Assembly (NCBI GenBank): GCA_001179505.1
Contig: CDMY01000007.1
Span: forward strand, 150,470 to 214,469
Reading direction: 5' to 3'
DNA: 64,000 bases
DNA from: Vitrella brassicaformis CCMP3155
Taxonomy: Eukaryota; Protista; Chromerida
This document shows positions 11,800 through 24,800 of this stretch, piece by piece. The notes under the pieces were generated by a model, which saw only the letters and a list, made by a program, of their open reading frames with translations, was not told the origin of the DNA and did no database searches. Position numbers and translations under genes: made by a program. The number at the start of each line of letters is the position of its first letter. The first letter of the stretch is position 1.

Positions 11800-14700
11800 G
11801 ATCCACTCACTCACCATCGGGCAGCTAGGGGCCGGCCATTGACGCATCTCCATCGGCCGATACACGCACACTTACTTGACGTATCTGGGCGCCACCAACG
11901 AAGGCAGCACACATCCGTCCATCCACCCGGCCGGCCACCCATGAATGAATGAATGCAGCACGCAGTAAGGACTCTTGTACGTATTGAAGGGAAATATTAC
12001 GATGCACGCAGATAGGCAGGAAGGGGCACACGGACCGAAGACGTGAGTGCGATGACACACACATACACACAGACACGTACACGTGTGCCTACGTGGTTCA
12101 TTCACGAGGGACACCAAAACGTACGTAGGCAGCCGAGTGAGTGAGTCAGCCAGCCAGGGAGGAGTAGAGTAGACAAGTACATTTCTGCAGGGCGGGCAAT
12201 CATAGTGAGTGGGTGGCTGGGTGGGGGGAGGCAGGGAGGGGCCGAGGGACCGAGGGAGGGAAGGTGCCATGAAATACACTATAGGTACGCAGATCCGGCA
12301 ACCGCGCGGTACACCCACCCACCTACCTCGCTGGCCCAATTCTCCTCTCCCTCCCCTCTCCTCTGCCTCTGACCAGCCCCAGGCCAGCACCGCATCCCAT
12401 CCGCACCAAACACCCAAAAAAATCACCGTAGGCAGGCAAGACAAGTGTGAAAAAGTATGAAGTATGCAGGCTTGCCAAGGCAGGTTCATACGTGGGATCG
12501 GTTGCGCCTCCCCACCTCGCTCGACCGTTCGCTCATGGCCGCCCTGCCCTCCCCCAGTTGTCATGGTGGAGCACATGACAAAAAGGATAACAGGAAATGT
12601 TTGCATTCATTGCTCGCTTTAAAGTGCGTGTGGACGGAAAAAAGGGCTGCAAAATCTACATACCACTAACGGGGTTGGGGCAACGGGTGGGTAGCGTGAC
12701 TGACTGACAACGTGAGAGCAGCGCGCAAGAGAGGAAAAGAAGAGAGCTGGCGAGGCGTACGCGGCCATTCACGTATTCGCGACGTGTGTGTGAATCAATC
12801 CTGCCTTCACCTGTGCAAACACAACCAAGACGGCAGCGAGGTGAGGCGAGAGAGAGAGAGAGGTGACAGCGTGGGACGACGAGAAGGCGGGCAGTGGTGG
12901 ATTCGACAAGAGGCAGGAGGGCACGAAGGATCGAGCGATAAATAGCCAGCCATGCACCTTAAAAAATGACTGCGCACCGAATCGCGTCGCTCCCCAAGCC
13001 CCCGACCACCCGCCCTTTTCTCTCCCCCGCCCCTGTGTTGTGTGTATGGTGTGTGTATGTCGAGAGCACAGCTCACAGCATGACAAAATTGCTGTCGCGC
13101 ACGCTTGTATAAGCACCGGACCCCTCGATCCTCCCTCCCTCCCCCTCTGTAAAACGAGTGCATGCCCCGGCCCCGTTTCTGGGTTGTGTGGTTGTGTGAG
13201 TGAGTCACGGACTACGAACCAGCAGAACATGGCGGAGTGTGGCTGCATGTATGTGTCGTGTCTGGCTGAGTGGACGGATGGATGGATGGATGGGGGTGGG
13301 GGGCATGCAGTGGCGTTGAGACGTGTGTGCGCAGGCAGCCAGGCAGCCAGGCAGGCAGGCAGGACACACACAAGGGTAGCGAGTAGTGAGTGAGTGCCAC
13401 GTATTCTAGAAAGTCACCATCACCGGTACGCAGGCCGGCAGGGAGGCAGATGGGATGTGTGCTGACCGTACTGTACACTCGCAGCCCGCCCCGCCCCGCC
13501 CCCGCCCCGCCCCATGCATCCATCCATCCGCCACTCATTACATCACATCACATGACATCACATCACATGACGTCGCATCGCATTCACCGACACGAGCGAC
13601 ACAACACACGGCCGGCCATGCGGCGGATCGATCTCGATCGATTCGAGTGAGTATACCCTTAAATGCACAAACAGCCAGCCAGCCAGCAGCAACCCACGTG
13701 TTAGGTACACAGATTCACACGTAAAGAAATACAAAAGCAGGAAGGCACAAGTGGGGGAGTAGTGAGTCAGTGAGGGAAGCGAGAAAGGAACGTGTGGGTG
13801 TGTAATGCCTGGATGGATGGATGTGTGTGTGTGTGTGTGGGCGGTGTGTATGGGTGTGTGTATTCCTGAATCGACGCACCTTGAGCACCGAAAAGGAGAG
13901 AGCGAGTAGGAAGGCAAGCAGACAAGACAGCCATGCAAGCAGGCAGACGTGCTCCGTACGCAACAACAAACGCACCTGCAGGAGCATTGTACAAAATGCC
14001 AAAGGAGCGACAATCCCAACCACCCTCCCTCCCACACACGAGACGGCCTTCTCTTCCTTCCTTCCTCCCCTCCCCAGCCCCATTCCTTCCAAACCGGCCT
14101 TACAAAACACTCATAATCCGTCCGTCATTACAGCTTGCATTCACCGGCCGACAGAGAGACAGAGAGACAGGCAGACAGACAGACAGACAAGGCAGCCTAC
14201 GGACATGTCTGTCTGCCAGGCCGCTCGTCGCACCAAATAAACTTGCAGCGAACCCACCCAATCACTCACTCAGTCGGACCCTTTACCGCCCCACAGCACA
14301 CACCAACAGCCCGCCCGCCCACCCACCACCGGCCCTTCTTACCCATAATTCGTCCCAGCACAGCGGCAGCCAGCAGCGTCGACCGAGGGAGGCCGGCCGT
14401 CCATCCAGCCAGCAATCGACACACTCAAGCATGCACGTGTGTATGTGTGTATGTGTGTATGTGTGTATGTATTTCCGTACTGGTTGCTTGGTCTAGTAAG
14501 TGAGACAGACGTAGCCCCTGACTGACCCCCACCCCCGATAAGCGAACAGGCGAGACCAAGAGAGGCAGGCGAGAGCGAGCTGACTCTCTCCCGCCACACT
14601 ACGCAAGGAAAGAAGGAAGGGCAACAGTGTGTGTATGCGTGTGTGTGTATGTTAGTGTAAACATGACTGACACACGTGACATAGACAGGCAGGCAGGCAG

Positions 14701-14800
14701 GCAGGCAGACAGAGAGGCAGGCAGGCAGCCACCCCATGCGGCTCCAGCCATGACATGACGGCTAGAGCCCCGCGGGCAGACAGACAAAAAAGGCCCCCCT
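11800..14800. repeat. Long intergenic region rich in simple sequence repeats (TG/CA, GGAT, CAGG, ACAG, GAGT)
   Basis: Visible tracts such as ggatggatggatg, gcaggcaggcagg, acagacagacag and gtgtgtgtgt. The ORFs here are low-complexity translations with no protein signal. Confidence 0.85.
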
Positions 14801-14820
14801 GTCTGTCGTGTCCCACATGC

Positions 14821-16527
14821 TCACTGTCTGGTGTCGTATGAGTTGACGTGGTGTGTGTCCTGCATGGATGGCACGTCGCTCCTCGTGTCGGTGCCGCCGC
14901 CCACTGTGGTGTTGGCCCCCCCTGTTGAGACGTTCTCGGGGTCGCCCGTGCCCTCGGCGTTGATGGAGGCCGCCGTGATCTGCACGCGGTCGGGGTCCTC
15001 GTCTTTGCACCACCTGACCCTCCGGCCCTCGGCCCACTCGCCCACACGCCTCTCGCCCTTGGCTGCACATGTTGAACAGGGAGAGGAAAACGTGACGGCC
15101 GCTCTCGTGTGTCCTCTTGTCCATTTCATATGTACCTGTGGTGTAGATCCCTCTCCCGTGCTGCTTGCCGTTGCGCCATCCCCCCACATACTTGCGGCCA
15201 TCCGGCCATGTGAATGTACCCTGAACAGGCAGGCAGGCAGGCAGGCAACATAAGAGAGGAAGGTGGTCGCACTGGCCGTGACTGCGTGTGTCATGTCATT
15301 GGTTGCTTACGATTCCCTCCTTTTGGTCGTTTTCGTACTGTCCCGAGTAGGATCTGCCGTCGGCCCACGTGAAGGTGCCCTCGCCGTGCATGCGGTTCTT
15401 CTTCCACTGGCCGTCGTACTTGCGACCGTCAGACCACTTGTACACGCCCCTACCCTCAATGTCGTTGTCGTAGAAGCCGCCGTCATACACAGAACCCTAA
15501 GGGACACAACCCCCACACCAACACACAGAGGAGGGACGGATGGTCGATTGCTGGGTGTCGTGTGCGTGTGTGTGTTTTGCTCACGTCTGCCCATGAGAAG
15601 GTGCCCTCTCCGTGTTTCCTTCCGTGCGAGTACTGCCCCTGGTACTTGGCGCCGTCTGGCCACTCCTCAACGCCTCTCCCGTGCTGCTTGTCCGATTGCC
15701 ACTGACCCTCGTACCTAGGGAGGCGACACATCAGTCAGCAATACAATACAGGTGTGTTGTGTACATGAATGACATACTTGGATCCGTCTGCGTGTTGGTA
15801 GAGCCCGTATCCGTGTGCCTTGTCTTCAAACCACTCCCCCTCATACACGTCACCATCAACTGAGCGATTTAACCATCAGACCAGACCCACCAAACAACGG
15901 CAGGCAGGGAGAGGTCGGGTCGGCTGTGGGAACGTTTTCTACCTACTTGTGTGCCCTGCCTGCGTGTGAGTTACCCACCGTGAACGAATTTGCCGTGTCC
16001 CTGTGCCTTGTCGTTGGCCCACTGCCCTTCGTACATGGCCCCGTCAGCCCACGTCTGGACACCAAAACCATCACGAAGGTCACCCTGAATGAAGCAACCA
16101 CACGACACACACACACACACGGAGAGAGAGAGAAGCAGTCACGCATGGCGTGTGGGTGCGTGTATCGGCACCACATTTGGGTCAGCGAGCCACTGTCCCT
16201 TGTAGACGGCCCCGTTGTCGAAGGTCATCTCCTTGAACACCCGCGGGCCGCTCGTGCCGTGGGTGGCGCTGCCCACCGGCGTGTGATTGCCACTCAACGG
16301 ACCTCCATTCAGCCGACCAGACATCAGTGCGCCGTCGGCCCCTCGAGCCGACTTCATCGCCTCAACCTGACGAAAACACCACCCACAGACACACATTCAA
16401 CAGATCATCTCAGACAAGAGCGCGTGTGTGTGTGCGCTGTGGTTGTCTTGACTTTGCGCACCTCGGGGTGGACGGGCTCATCGACGAGGTCCCCCGCGAG
16501 GCCTCGCGGACACGCGCAGTTCCCCAT
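14821..16527 (-). CDS. MORN-repeat protein with an N-terminal MGNCAC myristoylation/palmitoylation motif (about 8 exons)
   Basis: ATG at 16527 gives [22 protein letters not shown], spliced in phase 0 to VEAMKSARG. Then about 10 MORN units ([89 protein letters not shown]). Stop at 14821. Confidence 0.9.
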
Positions 16528-16818
16528 GCCTTGGCCTCGCTCCCCAACGCAACAAAAGACACCACGCGCCCTGCTGACGCGAGCGAGGCTGCTGCACCAG
16601 CAGTAACCAGCCGCCGAGGGGGCAACTCACCTCCCGCCGCACGACCGTCTCTTTGAGCCGTGGTCAACTCGCCTCGTCCCTCTCCGGCAGCCCCAGGGGA
16701 AACAACCTCCGATTTGCCTGCAGATCGGGGGCCCTGATTTGAAGATCAGCGTACCCGCCAGCCTGATGTGACTTAGGAAGCCTGGCTCGGCCTGCCTCGC
16801 GCTGAAATTCCCTTGCCA

Positions 16819-16847
16819 AAGATGCGAGCTAGAGGCTCGCAGATCTT
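16819..16847. promoter_or_regulatory. Inverted repeat TGCGAGC-n5-GCTCGCA in the divergent MORN/transporter spacer
   Basis: aagaTGCGAGCtagagGCTCGCAgatctt: perfect 7-bp arms at 16823-16829 and 16835-16841, lying between ATG 16527 (-) and ATG 16938 (+). Function is inferred. Confidence 0.45.
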
Positions 16848-16937
16848 CATAACTCAAAGGGAAAGCCTTGGAGAGCCAGTTGAGGCAACAGCGTCATGCT
16901 GAGACCGTCTCATCGTCAGACTGGCAAGGACAGCAGA

Positions 16938-18495
16938 ATGAGTTTCACCGAGACGGACCCTCTTATTGCACGGCAAGAGGTGGGCAGTGATGCTCAGCTG
17001 AAGGCGAAAGAGCCGAGAGTGTGGCTGTTGCACCGCCCTCTGCCCTACTACCATGAGCCGAGGCCATCGGAGGAGAGAGGCCCTTTCGGGCTGCCGTCGC
17101 TCGCTGCAATGGAAGGCTTCTTGTCCTGTCTGCTCTACTTCTTGGTCTCGCTGAGCATTACTCTGTTCAACAAGACCGTCTTGTCAACGTACCATTTCAG
17201 GTGACAAAGCGAGGAGAACACACGGCAAGGCAATGAACCACTGGTGGCGATTATATTGTGTCTGTCTGTCTGTCTGTGTTGATTGTGGGTCAGATTCGTG
17301 ACTGTCCTATTGCTAGTGCAGACGCTTGTGACGGTTGGTATCGTGCTAGTCGCGAGAGCGATTCACGTCGTCGACTACCCTCAACTGACGCTGAGGAGAG
17401 CGTGGCAGCTCATGCCTCTCTCCGTGTTCAACCTCGGCCGCATTCTCACCTCGCTTGGCTCACTCTCGCATCTCAACGTGCCCACAAACAGTGCCATCCT
17501 ACGGTGGGCCGGGCAGGGGAGTTCACGCGGGTTGTGCCGCTTGGTAGATGGATGCACTGCTGGCTTGTTCGGGTGTGCAGCTCTGGGACACTCGTCGTGG
17601 TGGTGGCGGAGTGGTGCTGGTTCGGGTGGATCCCATCAACACTCATCTTCATGTCTGTCGTCATGCAAGTGATTGGCGCTGGACTTGCTTCATGGTATGA
17701 CCTTCACTTTGTCGCCATCGGGTGCGCCCTTGCGATGGGCTGCAACTTCTTCGCTGCCGGTACGTGACGAGCAGGCCATAGACGCACACGGCGACTTGGG
17801 TGTTTGTCTGTCTGTGTCCTTCTCAGGTTATCAAGTACAAATGAAGGCCGACCTGACGTCCCAAGCGGGCAGAAGAGAGAACATCATCAGCTTGCTCATG
17901 TACCAGTCGCTCTTATCCCTTCCACCACTCTTCGTCTGGTCACTCGTCGGAGGCGATTTGCTCCATGCCTGGCGGTTTGGGCCTCTCTGGACCGACGCTG
18001 GCTTTCAGCTGTGCCTCTTCTCCTCCTCGACGCTTGCAGCCCTACTCAACTTCAGCAACATGCTCGCATGTCGGTACACGAGCCCCCTGTCTGTCACCGT
18101 CACCAGCAACCTGAAGTCCATCGCTGCCGACGTCTTGGGCGTGTTTCTGTTCCCTGATGTCACCCTCAGTGTCGGGTACGTTCAAAGATACATACAACAA
18201 ATAGACAGAGTCCATTTAAATTACACGTGTTGACGTACGTGTCTCACACACTTGACATATGTCCACACGCGCCGGCAGGTATGTGGCCGGTGTTTTTCTT
18301 TCTGCCGGCGGCGCCTTCTGGTTCGGTCTCATCAAGACAATGGAAAGCAAGAGGGCAAACACAAAAAGGGCAGAAGACAGCAGCGATAGGAGGCAGAGCA
18401 GCGCCGACACAAACGTGGAGGACTCGTCTGTGTCCGGGGAGTGTGAGAGCACGGCGAGAGAAAAGGACGCCATGAACAGCCAACAAGGGGGATAG
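16938..18495 (+). CDS. Nucleotide-sugar transporter, SLC35D/TPT family
   Basis: SCLLYFLVSLSITLFNKTVLSTYHF, LSHLNVPTNSAILR, IGAGLASWYDLHF, LAALLNFSNMLACRYTSPLSVTVTSNLKSI and GVFLSAGGAFWF match SLC35D/GONST-type transporters. Stop TAG at 18493-18495. Confidence 0.85.
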
Positions 18496-18850
18496 ACAGC
18501 CGAGGCAGGAGAGAGAGAGAGAAAGTCAAGGCATGAGCAAGACACTCAGACAGCCCTCCGCCCAAGGGGATGCGAGAAGAAAAACGGGCGGAAACACAAA
18601 GAGAGACGATGGGGATATATATGGAATAGTCAGGGCGTCCGACGGCTATGTGCATACCATGGATTCTTGTGTACATTGATGTCAAAATACGTGTGTGTAC
18701 ACAACAAAGAAGGGTCACAGAAAATGTTGGGCATACTGGAGGGCACATTCACATTCACGTCGACATGGACAAAACCTCCTGTCAGCTCGTCAGCCGACAG
18801 GAGACACTGCATTCACAAATCTGCGATGAGAAACCACCCGTCATTCCCCC

Positions 18851-21800
18851 TCACTGCTCCCTGCGCATCCCTGCAGGCGCAGTCGCATCGGCATCATGGC
18901 CAAACCCAGCCCCCATCCCCAACCCGCGTCCTTGCTCAGCTTCCACATCCGACTGCTCCAAGTAAACCATCCCTCCGTCATTCAGGCGGCGTTCGCCCGA
19001 GTGCCGCTGCTCCTGGTACCGTGTGAACTGGCTGGCCTCGCCCAACAAAACGTTGGAAATGCCCTCACACACGGAGGCGGCGAAGTTAAGCGATCCGAAA
19101 ATGGGCGAGATGGCACAGCGGAAGACACACCAGACGAGCAGCAAGAAGGCAATTGTATGGCCCTCGCCACTGAGCAAGGAGCGAACGACACACGAGGGTC
19201 AGCATGTCGTCGGGCAATGCACGTTGTATTGTGTCTCCACCTGTATATCGCATCGAGTGGCCACTGGATCAAGTCCTTCCATGGCGTGACTAAGGTGTCC
19301 CGAACAAAACCGCTGAGGCCCTTCCACAGGCCGTCCAGGAAGCCGTCGGCACGCGGTCGTGACCCGCCCAACATCTTGTGAAGAGCATTGAAGAAGGTGA
19401 ACAAACTCTGGAACACACCGCCGATAACGTGAGTGGTGAACCTGGGACAGAGACAGCAGAGACAGAGGGTGGGGTGAAGCGAGGGTATCCCAAGTCTCCG
19501 TTACTTGTAGAATCCATTGTTGAGGCCCCCAATGACGCTGTCGACGCATTCCATGGAGCAATTCGGGTGTGCTCGCCACGCCACGTACGGCTCGACAAAT
19601 AGTGCGATCACCCCATCAATCAGGCCCTTCACCACAGCCAAGAACGATCCAAATCCCACGGTGGGCAGCGAATTGCGGACCATCTGACCAGCGGTGACAT
19701 AGAGATTTTCAAAAGACGCTGCTTTAGGGGTTCTGTTTACCTGCTGGAAGTAGGCATTGCTCAGTTTCTGCGAGATGACCCCCCACGGCGCCACGACATG
19801 GAACCTCCTCTCCTGTCTGAAATAGATGGCCATGTTGGGCGTGTCCACCGGCAACGCGTCCAGCAATTGCAGAATTTGCCATGCCGACCCTGTGAATCCC
19901 TCCCCGGGCCCAGACCCCCCACCCATCGCCTGCAGATGGTGACGTGCGGCTTTCGATGCCCCAACACCCAAAGTGGGGCTGTGGGCAGGCATCCCGGCCC
20001 CTTTTTCTGCCAGCTGTTTCGCCCGTCCTCTCCCGGTCGGTAGCGTGTCAGCTGCTTTCTTGACCGTTCGCGCAATGGCTGCACCTGAGGCCTTGACTGC
20101 GTTGCCCTTGGCGGAACGGGTGGAAGTAAGCAGCCGCCTGTCGGAGGAGCGGATGGTGCACCGCACTTGGATTGAATGAATCTGCAGTTCCTTGACGTAG
20201 ACCGGACGAGAGTAGGCCTGACCGATCTCTAGGCGCCTGCACGAGTACGACACGCCAGACATAGATACTCTCCTGCCTGTTCGAAAGCGCCGCTTACTTG
20301 GGCCTTGGCATGGCGATCATCTGGCCCATGACGACAGTGACGTCATCAAAAGCCCTCGACGCAGGACACCGCAGTGGCACCCCTCCCATGGGGCCCTTGG
20401 CCTCCCTCCTTTCGTCGCGACGAAAGGACAGGGACGTCGTCTCGCTTGTCGGACTCGTGCCAGGCTTTGGCAGAGACGTTGTACTGAATGCCGGCAAGAT
20501 GGTGTCTGGTGTGGGGGGTTGCTGAAGGGATGGAACAGTGTCAGTGTCGGCGACTGCGGTGTAGTCCAGCAGTTGCCGTGTCTCCCGCTGCATGAGGGAC
20601 AAGAGGTGCATTACCACACCCATCTCGACATTCAGACCGAAAGGGGCGATCTGGACCTCCACATTCTCATATGTGGGTGCCCTCGTTGCATCCACGAGCT
20701 CTTTCTTGAAGCGCAAGAAAAAGAAATGGCTGGCTTCATTGACTCTCTGCCGCCAAGCCAGCAGAACGGGGATCTCGTTAGGCAACTGACGGTGCAATAT
20801 CACGGGCAAGTCCCCAGGCACAAAGTGGTCCAGATGGAGATTCGAGAAGGAAAACTCCAACTCAAGCGAGTCGCCCCGGATGCCAGGTGGGGAAGGGGAG
20901 GGACCCCGGGGCGCCTCGCTTGGTGCTGACGGAAGCGGAGGTAGGGTGAGACGCTTCACTGTTGAGCGACCGGCGGATGTGATCAGGGTGAAAGAGAGAG
21001 ACATGTCCTGAATGTGGGCTGTCAAGACCTGTGTGGCAGAAAGAAAATGTACATAGCATGAAGGACTCTCAAACGATGTCTTTTTGTCTGGCGCACTTCT
21101 TCGTGCTGATGTATCCAGGCCACAGTGACCTTCGACACCTTGACCGAGCCCATCAACTTGTGCGCCCTTTGTCTCCCCATTGTCTCCTTGTCATCATCAT
21201 CTTGGTCAACATGATTGGCGCCGACCGCTTTCTGTCTGTCTCTGATACACTCGGCAGCCTCTTTTGTCTCGGTCACTGTCAGCACTCGAGTGCCCTTGGC
21301 GTCAACCGTCAAAGCCACATACAGCTTTCCTTTGCGGCGCTTCTGAGCGCGTGACGGAAAGAGGTCGCGAGAGCCTGACCATTGAATATGAGGAACGAAG
21401 CGCTGGGCTGCTGCGGGCCGAGAGGGGGCAAAGCGGCTCGACCGCTCTTGCAGCGAGCCTTGAGTGGCAAGTTGCTTGACTTGCGGGGACCCATCAGCAG
21501 CTGTCACGCCGTTATCTGGCCTGTCGTCCGTCAGAGTAGAGCTGCTGAGGTGTGTTCGTCTCGTGGACATCCATCCAGGCCCCGGAGCCCCGGCGGTAGC
21601 GGGGCTGGCGACAGGCGACAGTTCGTCCGGGCCTGCCTCTTCCTCCGTGTCGTCCTTCATGAGCGAGCCACTCCGGTTTGTCAAAGCGTCCTCGCCATGC
21701 AGGCCTTGCGGGTAGATCAAATCCGAGGCGGCATGCTGTGGCCGCGCTGCAGACCCTGCCCCCCTCCTCTGCATGCGCTTGGCACTCGGCAGGTCAAAGT

Positions 21801-24800
21801 CCAGGATAGAGACATGCTCCTCGACGGTGACCAGCGAGAAGAACTCCCACTTGACTTTCTTGTTGCAATCCTTGACCCTCAGCGCCACCTTTGCCTTGCT
21901 CGCGTGTAGCCTGGTCTTGCGCTCGTCCAGCTCGTCTTCGGGTGTGAGAACGACGCTGCTCCTGCCAGGTAGGTCGAAGACCCGCTCGCTGGGGGGCGGA
22001 TCGGAACGGGCCGTGGAGAACGAGAGAGCGTAACTGAAGACACAATCGAGACATATGGATGTGCGTGACAGAAGCAAAGCACCAACTGCCGCACTTACTC
22101 TGTGAGGTTTCTGAGTTTGAAGGTCGGGTAGAGTGGGATAGACAGGACAACAAAGTAGCCGTTGAAGACATACGGCACCGCCGACCGATTCCCAAACTCT
22201 CCGCTGACGATGTCCACCTGTATGAGAGTCCGTTTTGTCGCATCCTCTGCTTGTGCCTCGCCCATTTGCCGACTTATCAGTGAGCCACAGTATCTTCTGA
22301 AGGTCCGGTCATCGACGATCGATGCCTCCATATTGAATTTGAACTGGAACGATGCGGGCACACTCGGAGGGGGCAGTGAGAAGGCCGGCGTCGCCATCTG
22401 CAGTTGCGGCGAATATAAGAAGACTTTTCCGCCACCACCAAGCTCCCCATGGAATGCCAGACTTGAGTGTGGTGCCAGATATCCTTCGGGTCCTTGCAGT
22501 CTGGCGTCTGTGGCTGACTCATGCTCCGACGTGCTCTTGACGACCACCCGAGCGTGATGTCCGCCTGCAGGCACGCTTTTTGACGCAGGTAGGCGCGGTG
22601 TCGCGCCGGCGGGGGCCGGGGATTCGGACCCTGAGGCCGAGAATATTTGCACAGGGAAGGGCAGCTTGGACTGGAAGACAAAACGGTCGATAAAGCTGAC
22701 CACTTTGCTGAGGGAGAACGGGGGATCGGCGTACCGCACACATACGCCAAGCGTCACTTTGACTGAGTCAGGGACAGTCGGGATGGTGGGTGATGGCTGA
22801 GGGAGGGGGAATGGCAGAGAGAGAGGGCTGACGCCGACGGATGGCACAGCTGAAGGGGCCATGCTCTGTTCGCGTGTCTCGCTGCCGTGATGCTCCATGA
22901 AGGTTGTCGGATAATCTCCGGTCTCCATCAGCCGATCCACAGCAGCATCAACCGCCGGCCATGACACCAAATCAAGATCGATCGCCTCTTCTGCCTTCTC
23001 AACTGTGACTGACGGTACGACGGCCACTGTTGCATCTTCCGATCCTCGCCCTTCCCGTCCCACCGGTCTGCGTGGCTGCTTCGTCCTCTTTGCTGCCACG
23101 AAAGCGGATCCAGGCCTTTTCCTCTTCGCCAATGCCTCCCGGGGCCGGAAGCTGTAGACAGTGCCTGCGTAGCGCGCCAGCTGCTGATTGGAATGTCTGT
23201 GCGGATTGGATCTGAAGACCCTCTTGCTCAGGGCGGAAATTGGCTTGAGCGGAGCGAACGACCGTTTAGGCGGGACGGCTGTCTCGTCAGAGTCGCTCGA
23301 CGACTGGGCGTCGTGAGAATGAGAAGAGGCGGACTCTGAAGAGATAAGAGAATCAAGGAATCTGGAAGCTGGTGCGGACGGCCGTGGCTTACTGTCTTGT
23401 GCGACTGTGTCCACAGTGACGTCTGCAAGTGGTTTCATGACGAGCTGAAGAGTGTCTCGCGTGAGGGTCGGATTGATGAGGTCCAAACTCCTGCTGTAGC
23501 CGCTGCCGAGCACACACGATTCGCCTTGCTCATACTGCATCGCCCGCACACGCACCGACCTGCATCCAAACAAGCCGATTCTCAACCATCAGATTCTCTC
23601 CAGATGTCAACGCACCGCACTTCTTCTTCAGTTGTGTACAGTCGGCAGTGTGGCGGAATGACCATGCTGTTGCACGACAGCGCAACATCCGTCACGTTCT
23701 CGATGAAGAAGGGCATGTAAAGAGTTACGACACGACTGCAAGGCCGACAGACAGCAACACAATGCCTGTGCGCCCATTGCTGGTATCGTTGACTGTTCCT
23801 ACCGTGTAGCTTCCATGGCGATCTGCATACGCTTGTAAGAGCACAGCTTCAGCTGTCGGCCGACTTTGTCCCGAGACTCGTACCTGACCAGATGACACAT
23901 AATAGAGCACAGACCGCGACTCATCAGCTTCATCATCGCTCACGCAATGAGCGGCCGATCGTGATCTCGCAGCACTCCTTCCAGTGATCCCGCCCTCTGC
24001 CTCAGCGGAAGAGTCCTCGTCAGTGTCTCATACTTGGGCATCACCAGATACGTCTTGGCTGACACGTACAGGTCTGTTGTCGTCTTGCGACGAGGGGGCG
24101 AAGGCACATGATCTCCTTCATCCTCTTTGCCGTCTGTCGCTTCCATCTTGGGCTGAGGGACCCCTGCATTGCCATCAAGTGGGGCGCCATGAATTGACAC
24201 TTTTAGCCACGCTTGGCGGCGAGACAACGGAATGGCCTGCGACAGCAAAACAAGCACAGTCAGACAGAATACGACAGCGAGTGTTGCTTACCCATATCTG
24301 GTCCGGTCCCAGCTTCTTGACGATCTTTCTCTCCCCGATCAGTGAGATGGCGTCTCTCAAATGCGTCGGTGCCTTGGAGACGTCGGGCCCCTTCATCCTG
24401 TTGCTGCGCCGAATGAGAAACGAGGGCATTGGCGCATTGCTGGTCTTTGCCGTCGGAGACATGGAGTGGGGAGAGGTGATATGCAGTGAATGCCGTCCAG
24501 CCCGTGGCTTCTCTGTCACGGCTTTCTCGGGCTGCTCCTCCGTCCCCGCCACGGATTCTTCTTCGTTGACGCGTGGAAGGGCAGTGGTGGATGCGAGCTG
24601 GCCTCGGCTGGAATCCTTGACAGGCGCCAACTGATCAAGGAACAATTGAAATAAGAGAAAGATGAAAACAAATGCATTTTGTGTACCTCCAGCGTGATTG
24701 GAAAGGGAAGAGCATTCTTGACGGCAATGAAAGGTTCGATGCGGATGACATACTTGTGCGCTATCTGAAAGACCCAAGACAACTCAGTCCAACATGCTGT

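Noticed and set aside
13625-13645. Small palindrome gatcga-tc-tcgatc
   Set aside because: Too short and isolated within low-complexity DNA to support a function.
11872-14737. Many 100-240 aa ORFs in the intergenic region
   Set aside because: Translations of simple repeats (CVCV, THTH, PSIH, LPAC) with no domain signal.
14821-16527. Labelling the MORN protein as PIP5-kinase or as apicomplexan MORN1
   Set aside because: There is no kinase domain, and the N-terminus and repeat layout do not match MORN1 as I recall it.
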